A program made the position numbers and the translations under genes. From NCBI GenBank assembly GCA_048939765.1, contig JBHLPF010000046.1, positions 1 to 21,459 on the forward strand: 21,459 nt of DNA, written 5' to 3'. How positions within the stretch are numbered: position 1 is the stretch's first letter; each line of letters opens with the position of its first letter. A model generated the notes under the pieces. The model ran no database searches and was not told the DNA's origin. It saw nothing but the letters and a program-made list of their open reading frames with translations. This document shows, piece after piece, positions 8,622-17,774 of this stretch. Source of the stretch: Promethearchaeota archaeon (lineage in GTDB: Archaea > Asgardarchaeota > Thorarchaeia > Thorarchaeales > Thorarchaeaceae).

Positions 8622-9344
8622 CTATTTCAAGAAGATGATGTCGAGATTGACACGAGACTCCAGATTTGAGATGAGCTCACGCGCTATCGCCAGTTTCTCT
8701 CTCTTTCTTTCATCTGCTGCGAAATTGGATTTATGTCCTGGTTTGGACCATTTCCCGACTATGGCACCAAAGTCCATTCCTGCCAGAACCACACAAGCTG
8801 GATTATAATGCGAAACAAGATAGCATGCTCTGTCTCCATCTGTAAACCCTCCCCAGAGAAAGACATGTTCCGTAGGCTCAACTTGTGTGCTTCCAAGTAT
8901 GGTGTATAGTCCTGGAACAAACTCCGAAACTTTGTCCGTGTTATCTCCATGCGCATGCACTATTGGTATTGCTCCCCTCCGAATAACCTCTCTCAGGGCA
9001 TCAAGGTCACCGTCTAGATCTGTCACAAGTATATCGCATTTGTAATCGAACTCCAGCAAAGCAGAGGCTGCACCATCAGAAGCCACATAGACCGCGTTGG
9101 TGAGCCCTCTTGACGGGATCGTTGTCCTGAGATGCCGCTCCAATGAAGGTCCTGCACCACATATTACAACATTCTTGTTTTCGATTGTCTTCTCAAGTCT
9201 TCCAAGGATTGGGCCCTGCAGGTGGTCTTTGAGAAGCGAGTCTAAGAGTGATGTGGCATCACGGTCTGCTTGAGGATCAAGTGCTAGCCTGTGGACAATC
9301 CGATTGTAATGGGGTTCCCAGTCCTTCCATTCCATTCGAATCAC
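8622..9344 (-). CDS. mptE: 6-hydroxymethyl-7,8-dihydropterin pyrophosphokinase (DUF115)
   Basis: GAGPSL, ASDGA, VTDLDG, VHAHGDN, GGFTDGDRA, GMDFG, KREKLAIA; start overlaps the folP stop (GTGA). Confidence 0.92.
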   Translation of the reverse strand: MIRMEWKDWEPHYNRIVHRLALDPQADRDATSLLDSLLKDHLQGPILGRLEKTIENKNVVICGAGPSLERHLRTTIPSRGLTNAVYVASDGAASALLEFDYKCDILVTDLDGDLDALREVIRRGAIPIVHAHGDNTDKVSEFVPGLYTILGSTQVEPTEHVFLWGGFTDGDRACYLVSHYNPACVVLAGMDFGAIVGKWSKPGHKSNFAADERKREKLAIARELISNLESRVNLDIIFLK

Positions 9345-10555
9345 CCTAGATTCTTCTCTCGTTTCTCCATCAGGTTTCTGATGGCCTTGCCAACTTTAGG
9401 CAGCCCAAAGTAATCCATTCGAAGTAATTTGCCAGTGAGTCTTTCAAGCTGAAGCGGCGTTCCCATGACTAGGATACCTGTCCGGTCTACCCCAGAGTCA
9501 ATCACATCAGCATGATAGGCTGCATCTCCGCCTAGTGCGAGTATTTCTTGCTTGATAATCAGAGCTGCTGGAGTCTTGATGTTCTTGAGAAGGAGACTAA
9601 GAGTGACAGCTTTCCTAGAGAGGGCTCGTCTGATATCGACTCCAGTACCAATCTGTTCAATGGCTATCTCGGCCGCCCTCTCGTCTATAATCCCCAGAAG
9701 CTCGATATCTCGTTCAGTTTCTCTAGTCCAATTCCTAAGTTTCTCTCCCACAGACGCAGCCTGTTTTGCCTCCATGACGTCATGGGCTCTGATAATACTG
9801 GCACCTCTAGCTACTGCGACCGATGTAGCTCCAATGGTCCCTGTTAACCGGTCTTTCGGATCCGTCTGCCCAAGCAGATCTCCGATGAATGCCTTTCTTG
9901 AAACTCCAACGAGAACGGGATGGCCCCACATAGTAAATCGTTTCAGATGCCGAACCAGTTCGAAATCAGTTTCGAGAGGTTTTCCAAACCCAATCCCTGG
10001 ATCCACGATAATCCGTTCGTTTGCGATGCCTACGCCGTGAGCCAACTTCAGACTTTCACTAAGTGCACGTAGCGACTGCTTAATGGTATTACAAGGTTTC
10101 TCACACAGTGACATCAATACTACTGGAACATCTCTTTTTGCAACGAGTGTTGCCATCTTTGAATCTGCTCGAAGACCTGATATATCATTGACAAGTGATG
10201 CACCAGAATCCAGAGCAAACTCAGCTACTTTGGATGAAGTAGTGTCAATTGATACCGGAACGCTAGCACTATCCACAACTTCTTCAAGGCTATCTCTCAC
10301 TCTTTCCAGTTCCTCTTTTGCAGACACCTTCTGAGTGCCATACACACTCTCAGGAGCAGTGGAGGCTCCACCAACATCAATCATATCTGCGCCATCATTT
10401 TCCATCAATTTGACTGTCTTGGGGATTTCCTCCTTTGAGGTCACAACAGAGCCGGAGTAGAAGGACTCTGAAGAGAGGTTTATGACTCCCATCACACGAG
10501 CTGTAGAATTGATTCCAACTTCAAGACGATCAATTTTGACTGTATAGGGAGTCAC
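9341..10555 (-). CDS. folP: Dihydropteroate synthase with C-terminal accessory domain
   Basis: MGVINLSSESFYSG, IDVGGAST, SIDT, VNDISG, DPGIGFGK, GVSRKAFI, IRAHDV; about 130 additional C-terminal residues. Confidence 0.92.
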   Translation of the reverse strand: MTPYTVKIDRLEVGINSTARVMGVINLSSESFYSGSVVTSKEEIPKTVKLMENDGADMIDVGGASTAPESVYGTQKVSAKEELERVRDSLEEVVDSASVPVSIDTTSSKVAEFALDSGASLVNDISGLRADSKMATLVAKRDVPVVLMSLCEKPCNTIKQSLRALSESLKLAHGVGIANERIIVDPGIGFGKPLETDFELVRHLKRFTMWGHPVLVGVSRKAFIGDLLGQTDPKDRLTGTIGATSVAVARGASIIRAHDVMEAKQAASVGEKLRNWTRETERDIELLGIIDERAAEIAIEQIGTGVDIRRALSRKAVTLSLLLKNIKTPAALIIKQEILALGGDAAYHADVIDSGVDRTGILVMGTPLQLERLTGKLLRMDYFGLPKVGKAIRNLMEKREKNLG

Positions 10556-10673
10556 TATAAATGACCTCAGTCGGGGGTATAGGTGAACACAATAAAGGAT
10601 AACGGAATCTCAAATGTACCATCAAAGTCTTAACATGTTCATAGCCACCTTAGCCCACCCCTGGTGAAATTTG

Positions 10674-11819
10674 ATGAACACACCGCTCAAGCAAACTCAA
10701 CTCTACGATTGGCACAAAAGCCACGGCGATATAGTCCCCTTCTCAGGTTGGGAGATGCCAGTCCGCTATACAGACATTCGCGAAGAGCATATGGCTGTGA
10801 GGAATGGTGTGGGCATCTTCGACACGTCACACATGTTTCGTTTCTTCATAAAGGGCCCACAGGCCTCAGAGTTTCTTCAGACAATGACTTCGAATAATGT
10901 TAGCAAGCTAAATGTAAATGGCGGTCAGTATACCACATGTCTGAATGAGCAAGGGGGCATTCATGATGACCTCATGCTATATCATGTTGATGAACAAGAG
11001 TATATCTGGGTCACCAATGCAGTCAATGGACCCAAGATCAGTATCCATCTCAATAAGCACCTCAAGGATTTCGATGTTGAGGTAGACGACCGTACAGACG
11101 AGATTACCATGATAGCAGTCCAGGGTCCGAAGGCCATGGCATTACTAAGCAAGATTGCCGGACGAGATCTGAGTGAATATGGCAGGTTCACAAGCAATCT
11201 TGTAGACCTCTCTGGATACAGAGTCTACCTGTGTCGCACGGGGTATACTGGAGAGGATGGAGCTGAGCTTCTGGTGCTTGATACTCCATGCAGTGTTGAG
11301 GGAAAGAGAAAGGCAATTGAATTCTGGGAACTCCTGCTTGAACAAGGCCAGGAGTTTGGAGTCAAACCCTGCGGTCTTGGAGCTCGTGACTCAACACGAC
11401 TGGAGGCCGGCCTGGTACTATATGGAAATGACATTGACGAGGAAACTTCCCCCCTGGAGGCAAAGATTCCGTATGCAGTCAAGTTCAAAGTGGACCCTCA
11501 CTATATTGGCTATGATGAGCTCAAGCGACAGAAGGAAGAGGGGGTCGCAAAGACCCGAATAGGATTGGTCATGATTGATCGTGGTGTGCCCCGGAAGGAC
11601 TATGATGTGTTCTTTGAGAGTGATTCAATCGGGAAGGTCTCTAGTGGAGTGATGTCGCCGCTTCTTCGGAATGGAATCGGCTTGGCCTATGTGAAGCCAG
11701 GCGTCGTGGAGGAGGATGACATCATCGAGATTGATATCAAGGGACGCCTCAGAAAGGCCAGAGTGACGAAGTGGCCCTTCTATGACCCAGAGAAATACGG
11801 CTCAACACGGTCTTCTTGA
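10674..11819 (+). CDS. gcvT: Glycine cleavage system aminomethyltransferase T
   Basis: FSGWEMPVRY, EEHMAVRNGVGIFDTSHM, RTGYTGEDG, PCGLGARDSTRLEAGL, PFYDP. GGTGA SD upstream. Confidence 0.96.
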   Translation: MNTPLKQTQLYDWHKSHGDIVPFSGWEMPVRYTDIREEHMAVRNGVGIFDTSHMFRFFIKGPQASEFLQTMTSNNVSKLNVNGGQYTTCLNEQGGIHDDLMLYHVDEQEYIWVTNAVNGPKISIHLNKHLKDFDVEVDDRTDEITMIAVQGPKAMALLSKIAGRDLSEYGRFTSNLVDLSGYRVYLCRTGYTGEDGAELLVLDTPCSVEGKRKAIEFWELLLEQGQEFGVKPCGLGARDSTRLEAGLVLYGNDIDEETSPLEAKIPYAVKFKVDPHYIGYDELKRQKEEGVAKTRIGLVMIDRGVPRKDYDVFFESDSIGKVSSGVMSPLLRNGIGLAYVKPGVVEEDDIIEIDIKGRLRKARVTKWPFYDPEKYGSTRSS

Positions 11820-11875
11820 CTAGCCGTTTGATTTAAAGGTAGCATGCATACTCCGGGAAACAACGGTGGGCCATC

Positions 11876-12277
11876 ATGACTGAAGGAACCAGTGTCCCTG
11901 ATGAATTGAAATACAGTAAGGATCATGAATGGATCAAGATCGAGGGCGATCTTGCAATTGTAGGCATAACAGACTACGCTCAGCACTCACTCCATGAGAT
12001 CACATTTGTGGAGCTGCCAGAAGTTGGCTCCAGTGTTGAAGCGCATTCTGAATGCGGTCTGGTTGAGTCCATGAAGGCTTCTTCTGACATATTCTCGCCC
12101 CTCTCTGGAGAGATTGTTGAGGTCAACTCCAGCCTCGAGGATGCTCCTGAGCTGGTTAACGAGGAGCCTTATGGTAAAGGTTGGATGTTCAAGATCAAGC
12201 CATCCAATCTTGATGCCGAGATAGACGCTCTTATGGATGCCAAGGCCTACAGCGAACTCATAGCTTCCGCTGAATGA
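11876..12277 (+). CDS. gcvH: Glycine cleavage system H protein
   Basis: YSKDHEW, VGITDYAQ, lipoyl-lysine motif VESMKASSDIFSPLSG, PELVNEEPYGKGW. Confidence 0.96.
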   Translation: MTEGTSVPDELKYSKDHEWIKIEGDLAIVGITDYAQHSLHEITFVELPEVGSSVEAHSECGLVESMKASSDIFSPLSGEIVEVNSSLEDAPELVNEEPYGKGWMFKIKPSNLDAEIDALMDAKAYSELIASAE

Positions 12278-12447
12278 CATTCTTGGCTTCTGATCCAAGA
12301 TTCTCATTTCCATAGAAGCGCCGCCGTCTGATGACGTTAATTATTGTTTCAAAACCAGCTGTACAGCAGTAATACTAACAGCAACCTTTTTAGCACAACC
12401 AGAATCTGCACGGATGACTTCGAGTCAGAACGGAGAGAACACTCCAT

Positions 12448-15222
12448 ATGTCCAGATATGAGAAGTTCAAACGGTCGGCAGGTAGGTTCCTTAAGCAAGT
12501 ATTCCATCGACCGAAGGCAAAGATTTCACGTGGTTCCGTGGTCGTGGTCACGGCTTTGGTCATCATTTTCTTCGCAGCGTTAATACTGCGTCTATACCCA
12601 CTTCTTAACTCACAACCAATTCTCCGGGCATTCGATCCATGGTTTCAATTGAAGGTCACTGATTACGTGGTCGATAACGGTTATGGGGCCTTCTTCACGT
12701 GGTTTGATCAAACAACATGGGTCCCATTTGGTCGTGACATCACCACTACGACATATGTTGGAGTACCTTTCACAAGTGCATTCTTCTACTTCATACTCAA
12801 TGGAATTGGAATCAGTGTTGATGTTCTGACAGTGTCCCTAGTCATGCCAGCCTTTCTAGGAGCGCTCACAGCGGTTGCAGCATTCTTCTTGGGACGCGAA
12901 CTCATGAACAACACAGTAGGCCTTCTCAGTGCACTCCTCCTAGCGTTTATTCCAGCATTCATTCAGAGAACAATAGCCGGTTTCTTTGACAATGAGTGCG
13001 TAGGGGTACTCGCCATCGTAGTTTCTACATTCTTCTATATTAGGAGCTTAAAACGAGGCTCTCTACCCTCGGCGATAGGTGCTGGTCTGGCTTTGGGCTA
13101 TCTCCTCATATCATGGGGAGGGGGCGATTTTCTCCTTGGCTTGCTCGCTCTCTATGCAGGCTTGATGCTTATCACCGGACGCTATAGCAGGCGCCTTCTA
13201 AGCTCATATCTGATCACTGTGACACTTGGTATCTTCATTGGAGGGCTCATACCACGTAATGGGTTTGAGAACCTCACAACATTTTCCATTTTGGCTCCAA
13301 TCGGTGTTGGAATACTGCTTGCAGGCTACGAGATATGGCTACGTGTTGAGAGCTATAGAGAAACCACTGCAACATTCCTAGCACCTCACATGAAGCCAAT
13401 CTTGATAGGGCTAATCACTCCGATAGCGGGAATTGCCGCATATCTTGGATATGCAGGAACAGTAGAGCTTGGTATCCGACCCTTCACATCCAATCCAATA
13501 GTGACATTGGGGAGCAAGTTTCTTACAGTCATTAATCCTTTTACCCGTCTGGACCAGAGAATCTTTGCCTCAGTTGCAGAGCATTTGCCTAGTCCATGGG
13601 GAAGCTTCTATCATACAATGAACATTCTGATCTTCTTCTTCCCCCTCGGAATGTATTTCCTCTTCAGGCGCGGTCGCGATGAGGACTGGCTGATGTTCCT
13701 CTTTGGTCTGACTTCCGTATACTTCACAGGTAGCATGATTCGGCTTAGTTTAATTCTGGCACCTGGCGTGGCTGTTCTCTCAGCGGTTGCAGCAAATGGA
13801 ATTCTATCACCGTTTGCGAAGGTAGTCACGCAGAAGTCCGTCTTTGAGAGGCGGAGATTCAGAATGAGCTCGTCCTTGACATCGGAGCACGCTATTGTGG
13901 CCTTTGCATTTGTGGCACTGCTTCTCTCACTCAATCTGTATCTTGGAGCGGACTATGTCAACAGATACCTAGGCCCACCTGAGTTTGCACAGGACTCACT
14001 CTCAGATGGTGCACGCTTCACGGACTGGCAGACCTCTATGACCTACGTTCGTGATGTTCTACCAGATGACGCCATTGTGGCTAGCTGGTGGGACTACGGA
14101 TATTGGATAAATGGGGCCGGAGAGGCAGAAACGATAGTCGATAATGCAACATGGAATCGGACGCAAATTGCGTTAATGGGCTATGCTTTGATGGCGTTAA
14201 ACCTGACAGAGTCCTTGAAGACATTCAAGCTGTGGAATACCACACATGTGTTGGTCTATTTCGGCCATCGAACTTCATGGGCCGGCGGCGATGATGGCAA
14301 GTGGCCTTGGATGGTTCGAATCGCTGAGGACAGGTTCGGTCCCAACCTCATAGACGATGCATTGTACTTGGGAGACAATCCTGAAACTACGGATGTCATT
14401 GAAACAGAGTATATGCTTGATCCCTTCTTCGATTCTACGCTCTACAAGCTGATGGTATTTGGCGAGCCGGTCACTCAAGAGGAAGGTCAAGCCATGGGTC
14501 TCTCGACTGACAGGGTCGCGATGGATCAATACTATCAACAGGACGAGAGATGGATATCGCATATGCCAGTTGAGTTGCATGGGGCTTTCATAAATCCGTT
14601 CACAAGCTCCAATCTCGGAACCGTCAAGATATACGAGATTGACTACACAATGTATGAGCAATACCTGAATCGTACCGCTGCTGACTGGATAGCACCAGAC
14701 CTGTCCCCGGCCTATCCCTCTTTAAGCGGGATAAAACTTGATGGTAATATATCCGCCTGGGAGTCAAACAATCTGAACACCTATGATGTTGTGTTTGGTG
14801 GCAAGTACGGGGCAACCGTACACACTGCAATCAACTCGACCCATATCTACTATGGAATACAGATGGACAACTACACGAAGGGTGAGGATGCTTTCGGATT
14901 GCAGATTGCTCCGCTTGGCTCTCCTGGCGATGGAGATATTCGTCTAGTAGACTATAATGGGCACGAGTTCTATGATGGGCATATCGCCTATGACGGGTCG
15001 TGGGTTGAAGACTCCTCAGGTACGAATTCTTCACAGTTTGCAAGTGGAGAGAATGTGATCGAGTTCATGATTCCACTGGGTAGTGACGATACGCAGGACG
15101 TAGCTATGATTCCTGGAATGAACTATCAGATTCGGTTGTTGTTCTGGAACAATGTCAAGAGTGGCGAGCCAACATTCGACTCCGACTGGGTTACGTTCTG
15201 GGTCGAAGTAGAACTGTACTAG
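12448..15222 (+). CDS. aglB: Oligosaccharyltransferase catalytic subunit AglB/STT3 with C-terminal DOMON-like extension
   Basis: FDPWFQ, W.PFGR, GFFDNE, SWGG, SVAEH, SMIRL, ASWWDYGYWI, DNATWN, GGDDGKWPWMVRIA; many TM segments followed by a soluble domain. Confidence 0.95.
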   Translation: MSRYEKFKRSAGRFLKQVFHRPKAKISRGSVVVVTALVIIFFAALILRLYPLLNSQPILRAFDPWFQLKVTDYVVDNGYGAFFTWFDQTTWVPFGRDITTTTYVGVPFTSAFFYFILNGIGISVDVLTVSLVMPAFLGALTAVAAFFLGRELMNNTVGLLSALLLAFIPAFIQRTIAGFFDNECVGVLAIVVSTFFYIRSLKRGSLPSAIGAGLALGYLLISWGGGDFLLGLLALYAGLMLITGRYSRRLLSSYLITVTLGIFIGGLIPRNGFENLTTFSILAPIGVGILLAGYEIWLRVESYRETTATFLAPHMKPILIGLITPIAGIAAYLGYAGTVELGIRPFTSNPIVTLGSKFLTVINPFTRLDQRIFASVAEHLPSPWGSFYHTMNILIFFFPLGMYFLFRRGRDEDWLMFLFGLTSVYFTGSMIRLSLILAPGVAVLSAVAANGILSPFAKVVTQKSVFERRRFRMSSSLTSEHAIVAFAFVALLLSLNLYLGADYVNRYLGPPEFAQDSLSDGARFTDWQTSMTYVRDVLPDDAIVASWWDYGYWINGAGEAETIVDNATWNRTQIALMGYALMALNLTESLKTFKLWNTTHVLVYFGHRTSWAGGDDGKWPWMVRIAEDRFGPNLIDDALYLGDNPETTDVIETEYMLDPFFDSTLYKLMVFGEPVTQEEGQAMGLSTDRVAMDQYYQQDERWISHMPVELHGAFINPFTSSNLGTVKIYEIDYTMYEQYLNRTAADWIAPDLSPAYPSLSGIKLDGNISAWESNNLNTYDVVFGGKYGATVHTAINSTHIYYGIQMDNYTKGEDAFGLQIAPLGSPGDGDIRLVDYNGHEFYDGHIAYDGSWVEDSSGTNSSQFASGENVIEFMIPLGSDDTQDVAMIPGMNYQIRLLFWNNVKSGEPTFDSDWVTFWVEVELY

Positions 15223-15268
15223 ATCAAAGTGCGATTGGTCACGGCCAATCGCCATCGGTTTCTTTCAA

Positions 15269-15442
15269 CTATTCAGACTGAGCCTTCGCTCTTCGTTTGG
15301 CATCTCTTCGGTATTTCCCGTATCGGTCTTGAGGACTATATTTTGGAGGTTTGGGGGACACCACTGGCCCTCCACATACTGGGCACTTTTCCTCCTCCAG
15401 AGTATATTGGTCACAGTCTATACACTTGAAGAGGCGGGTCAT
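15269..15442 (-). CDS. nop10: H/ACA RNP protein Nop10
   Basis: KCIDCDQYTLEEEKCPVCGG..PPKYSPQDRYGKYRR; conserved position after aIF2a. Confidence 0.93.
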   Translation of the reverse strand: MTRLFKCIDCDQYTLEEEKCPVCGGPVVSPKPPKYSPQDRYGKYRRDAKRRAKAQSE

Positions 15443-15446
15443 ACCA

Positions 15447-16241
15447 CTACTTCCTGTCAAACTCAAACGAGCCGTCTTTCCCTTCTACGATTTTCGTGAC
15501 TCTCTTCAGAATCTCTGAAAGGATCTGCTCTCCCTCTTGATAATCAGGGCTCTGTATCCTTAGCTTGTATCTTGGAGAACCAAGTGTGTAAATCTCAACA
15601 GTTGATTTTTCCCTCGACTGTCCCAGAGTGAGACCCTCCGATAGCGCCTTTCTAATGACCTCTACGCCCTCTGGACCTGGAACAAGGATCTTCATCTCAC
15701 CTTCAATCTCAATCGACGGAATCTCAATTCTCGCTTTGGCGAGGTCGGCAATCTGTTTCTTGAGCTTCTTTGTTGACTCAACATGCTCCAGTGCTTCCAC
15801 ACCAATGTCAGAAGCCAGCTCAAGACCCTTGTAGATCTCCCCGAAGGCATCCTCCATCGGCCAGCCTATCTTCTCATATACCTTCTCAAGAGTAATGCCA
15901 TTCTCTTTTGCTATAAGTTCAAGGAGCTTCTCTGCTTTCTGTGCTCGTTTCCATTCATTGTTCTTTGCTCTCTTAGCTTCCGTTGAGACCCTTCTCAGAG
16001 AGCAGTCGATGTGCCGTTTCTGGATATCAACCTGTAGGACCTTTATAACCACGCGTTGGTTCTCGTGAATGTGATTTCGAATATTCCTGACCCACGTGCT
16101 ACTAATCTCTGATATATGGATAAAGCCCTCTTTGTCGCCAAACTCTGGAAGCTTGACATATGCTCCGTATGGGGCTACTTTAGAAGCGACCGCAATAGCA
16201 TACTCATCTGGTTGCGGCCATTCTGCACGTTTCAGGACCAT
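15447..16241 (-). CDS. eif2a: Translation initiation factor 2 subunit alpha (aIF2a)
   Basis: S1 domain YGAYVKL..EGFIHISEISSTWVRNIR, HIDCSLRRV, GSPRYKL. Confidence 0.95.
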   Translation of the reverse strand: MVLKRAEWPQPDEYAIAVASKVAPYGAYVKLPEFGDKEGFIHISEISSTWVRNIRNHIHENQRVVIKVLQVDIQKRHIDCSLRRVSTEAKRAKNNEWKRAQKAEKLLELIAKENGITLEKVYEKIGWPMEDAFGEIYKGLELASDIGVEALEHVESTKKLKKQIADLAKARIEIPSIEIEGEMKILVPGPEGVEVIRKALSEGLTLGQSREKSTVEIYTLGSPRYKLRIQSPDYQEGEQILSEILKRVTKIVEGKDGSFEFDRK

Positions 16242-16334
16242 TATCTCTTCTCCTCTGGGGAATCCACATGGGTCTGCTAATATAGATTTGGGAGTGAGAG
16301 AAGGAATTGACAGGTTCTGTAGAATCCTTCGCTC

Positions 16335-16535
16335 TCATGATAATTCTTCGATTTCCCGTGCTATGGCTTCAAGTTTGGCCTTGCCGCCACTAGGCTTTGC
16401 TAGAACCTTTTCACACTTCAGGCATTTCACTTCGGTCGTAGCGTGTGCGAAGATAATCTGCTCGTTCTCGCAATCTAGACACTTGACCTTCAGAAACCGG
16501 GATCTCGGCTGCTGAACTATCTCTCCCTTAGTCAT
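16335..16535 (-). CDS. rps27e: 30S ribosomal protein S27e
   Basis: PRSRFLKVKCLDCENEQIIFAHATTEVKCLKCEKVLAKPSGGKA. Start ATG 16535 or GTG 16544. Confidence 0.95.
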   Translation of the reverse strand: MTKGEIVQQPRSRFLKVKCLDCENEQIIFAHATTEVKCLKCEKVLAKPSGGKAKLEAIAREIEELS

Positions 16536-16544
16536 TATCTTCAC

Positions 16545-16826
16545 CTATACCCGAAGAACTTCTAGCTTCTTCAGTCTCATGCCTTTCGTCTGGAAAGTGT
16601 GTTCGCAATCCTTGCACTTGTATTTGAGCACAGTCTTCTTTGTCGTCTTTGCAAAACGCTTCTGGATGTTCTTCGGGAATGACCCGTAACCTTTTGTCTT
16701 CCTCTTCATCCTGCGCTCGCCCTGAGCCATGCTTCGTCTCTTACCTGCCTTGTATGTGGATATGGCATGTATAGTATGGCTTTTGCATCTAGGACAGTAT
16801 TTTCTGAGCTCGCCTTTGATCTTCAT
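16545..16826 (-). CDS. rpl44e: 50S ribosomal protein L44e
   Basis: YCPRCKSHTIH, GERR..RKTKGYG, KTTKK..LKYKCKDC; ATG 16826 behind GGTGAT. Confidence 0.95.
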   Translation of the reverse strand: MKIKGELRKYCPRCKSHTIHAISTYKAGKRRSMAQGERRMKRKTKGYGSFPKNIQKRFAKTTKKTVLKYKCKDCEHTFQTKGMRLKKLEVLRV

Positions 16827-16915
16827 GCGAATCACCACTTTCGGGCTCTGGGACCCGACTCTGTGTTGTTTATAACCCTTAGGGCATGTGCCTTTGAAAC
16901 TATGCGGAGGCTGTT

Positions 16916-17113
16916 CTATATCCACTCGAACTGGGTTGCGATATGGGCCATTATTGTGGCAATCAGTAGTAGAGCTGCAAATATCACAACCATTGTGGGA
17001 CCCACCTTGATTCCAGGTGTCTCGTCCTCGAAGAAACGTATAAGTCCGGCTCCGCCTGATGGCATCGGACCTTCTCCACGTTTCTTCCTGCGTTTCTTTT
17101 GGGTCTTAGGCAT
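16916..17113 (-). CDS. secG: Preprotein translocase subunit Sec61beta (archaeal SecG)
   Basis: Basic N-terminus, GAGLIRFFEDETPGIKVGP, single C-terminal TM; AGGAG SD. Confidence 0.9.
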   Translation of the reverse strand: MPKTQKKRRKKRGEGPMPSGGAGLIRFFEDETPGIKVGPTMVVIFAALLLIATIMAHIATQFEWI

Positions 17114-17189
17114 GCCTTTGCATCTCCTGATTGGTCATTTGACCCCGCTCTGAGTTTTTAATCCTTCCGACATGCGAACAAATCAGAAT

Positions 17190-17723
17190 CTACCCAATCT
17201 TTCTTATTACAGCCATAGCTGTATCATGCAATACCTTTGAGATGTTCGATATCATTTGCATGGTCTGTTGTTGTTTCTGCATCGCATTTTGCAGATCTAT
17301 GTTTGCCAATTGAGAGTCCTCGCCCATTTCTGACAATTTTCCTTCCCAATCTTTTATTCTTGCATCAAGTTCTTCCGATTGATCAATGTATGACTTTGCT
17401 TTCTCCACAGAAGTGAGGACGGAGTCTTCTCTCTCTACTACCTTGAATTTATTCGATTTCTCATCATATTTCCAGACATCACCGGTCTTCGTATTCAATA
17501 TGAATTCACCAGCAATCTGATATTTGCCAGATTTCTCTTCACTCCTGGAACTCAGATCACCAAGGACTGATTTCCGTGGCTGACTTGAGCTTGATGTACC
17601 AATAGATTTCCTTTCCACAGACGGAGGGGTCTGGGAAACAGGATTCCCGCATTTAGGACATTTCTCCACTCCAGCAGGAATGGATGTTCCGCATTCACGA
17701 CAATACAGACTTCGTCTACTCAT
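17190..17723 (-). CDS. Zinc-ribbon protein with C-terminal T3SS needle/filament-like helical segment (function unknown)
   Basis: N-terminal CRECG..CPKCG, Ser-rich linker, small beta motif (ILNTKTGDVWKY), coiled coil, and C-terminus DLQNAMQKQQQTMQMISNISKVLHDTAMAVIRKIG. Confidence 0.7.
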   Translation of the reverse strand: MSRRSLYCRECGTSIPAGVEKCPKCGNPVSQTPPSVERKSIGTSSSSQPRKSVLGDLSSRSEEKSGKYQIAGEFILNTKTGDVWKYDEKSNKFKVVEREDSVLTSVEKAKSYIDQSEELDARIKDWEGKLSEMGEDSQLANIDLQNAMQKQQQTMQMISNISKVLHDTAMAVIRKIG

Positions 17724-17774
17724 GAGTAATCACTACTTTCTGCAGTGCCATACGAGGATTTGAGTCCTTCTTGG

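Noticed and set aside
10556-10673. Glycine or THF riboswitch upstream of gcvT or folP
   Set aside because: The spacer is short, shared by divergent promoters, and shows no recognisable aptamer motifs.
16827-16925. 33-aa N-terminal extension of L44e in the ORF track
   Set aside because: It overlaps Sec61beta and spans a TATA-like TTATAA; ATG 16826 has a good SD and gives the normal length.
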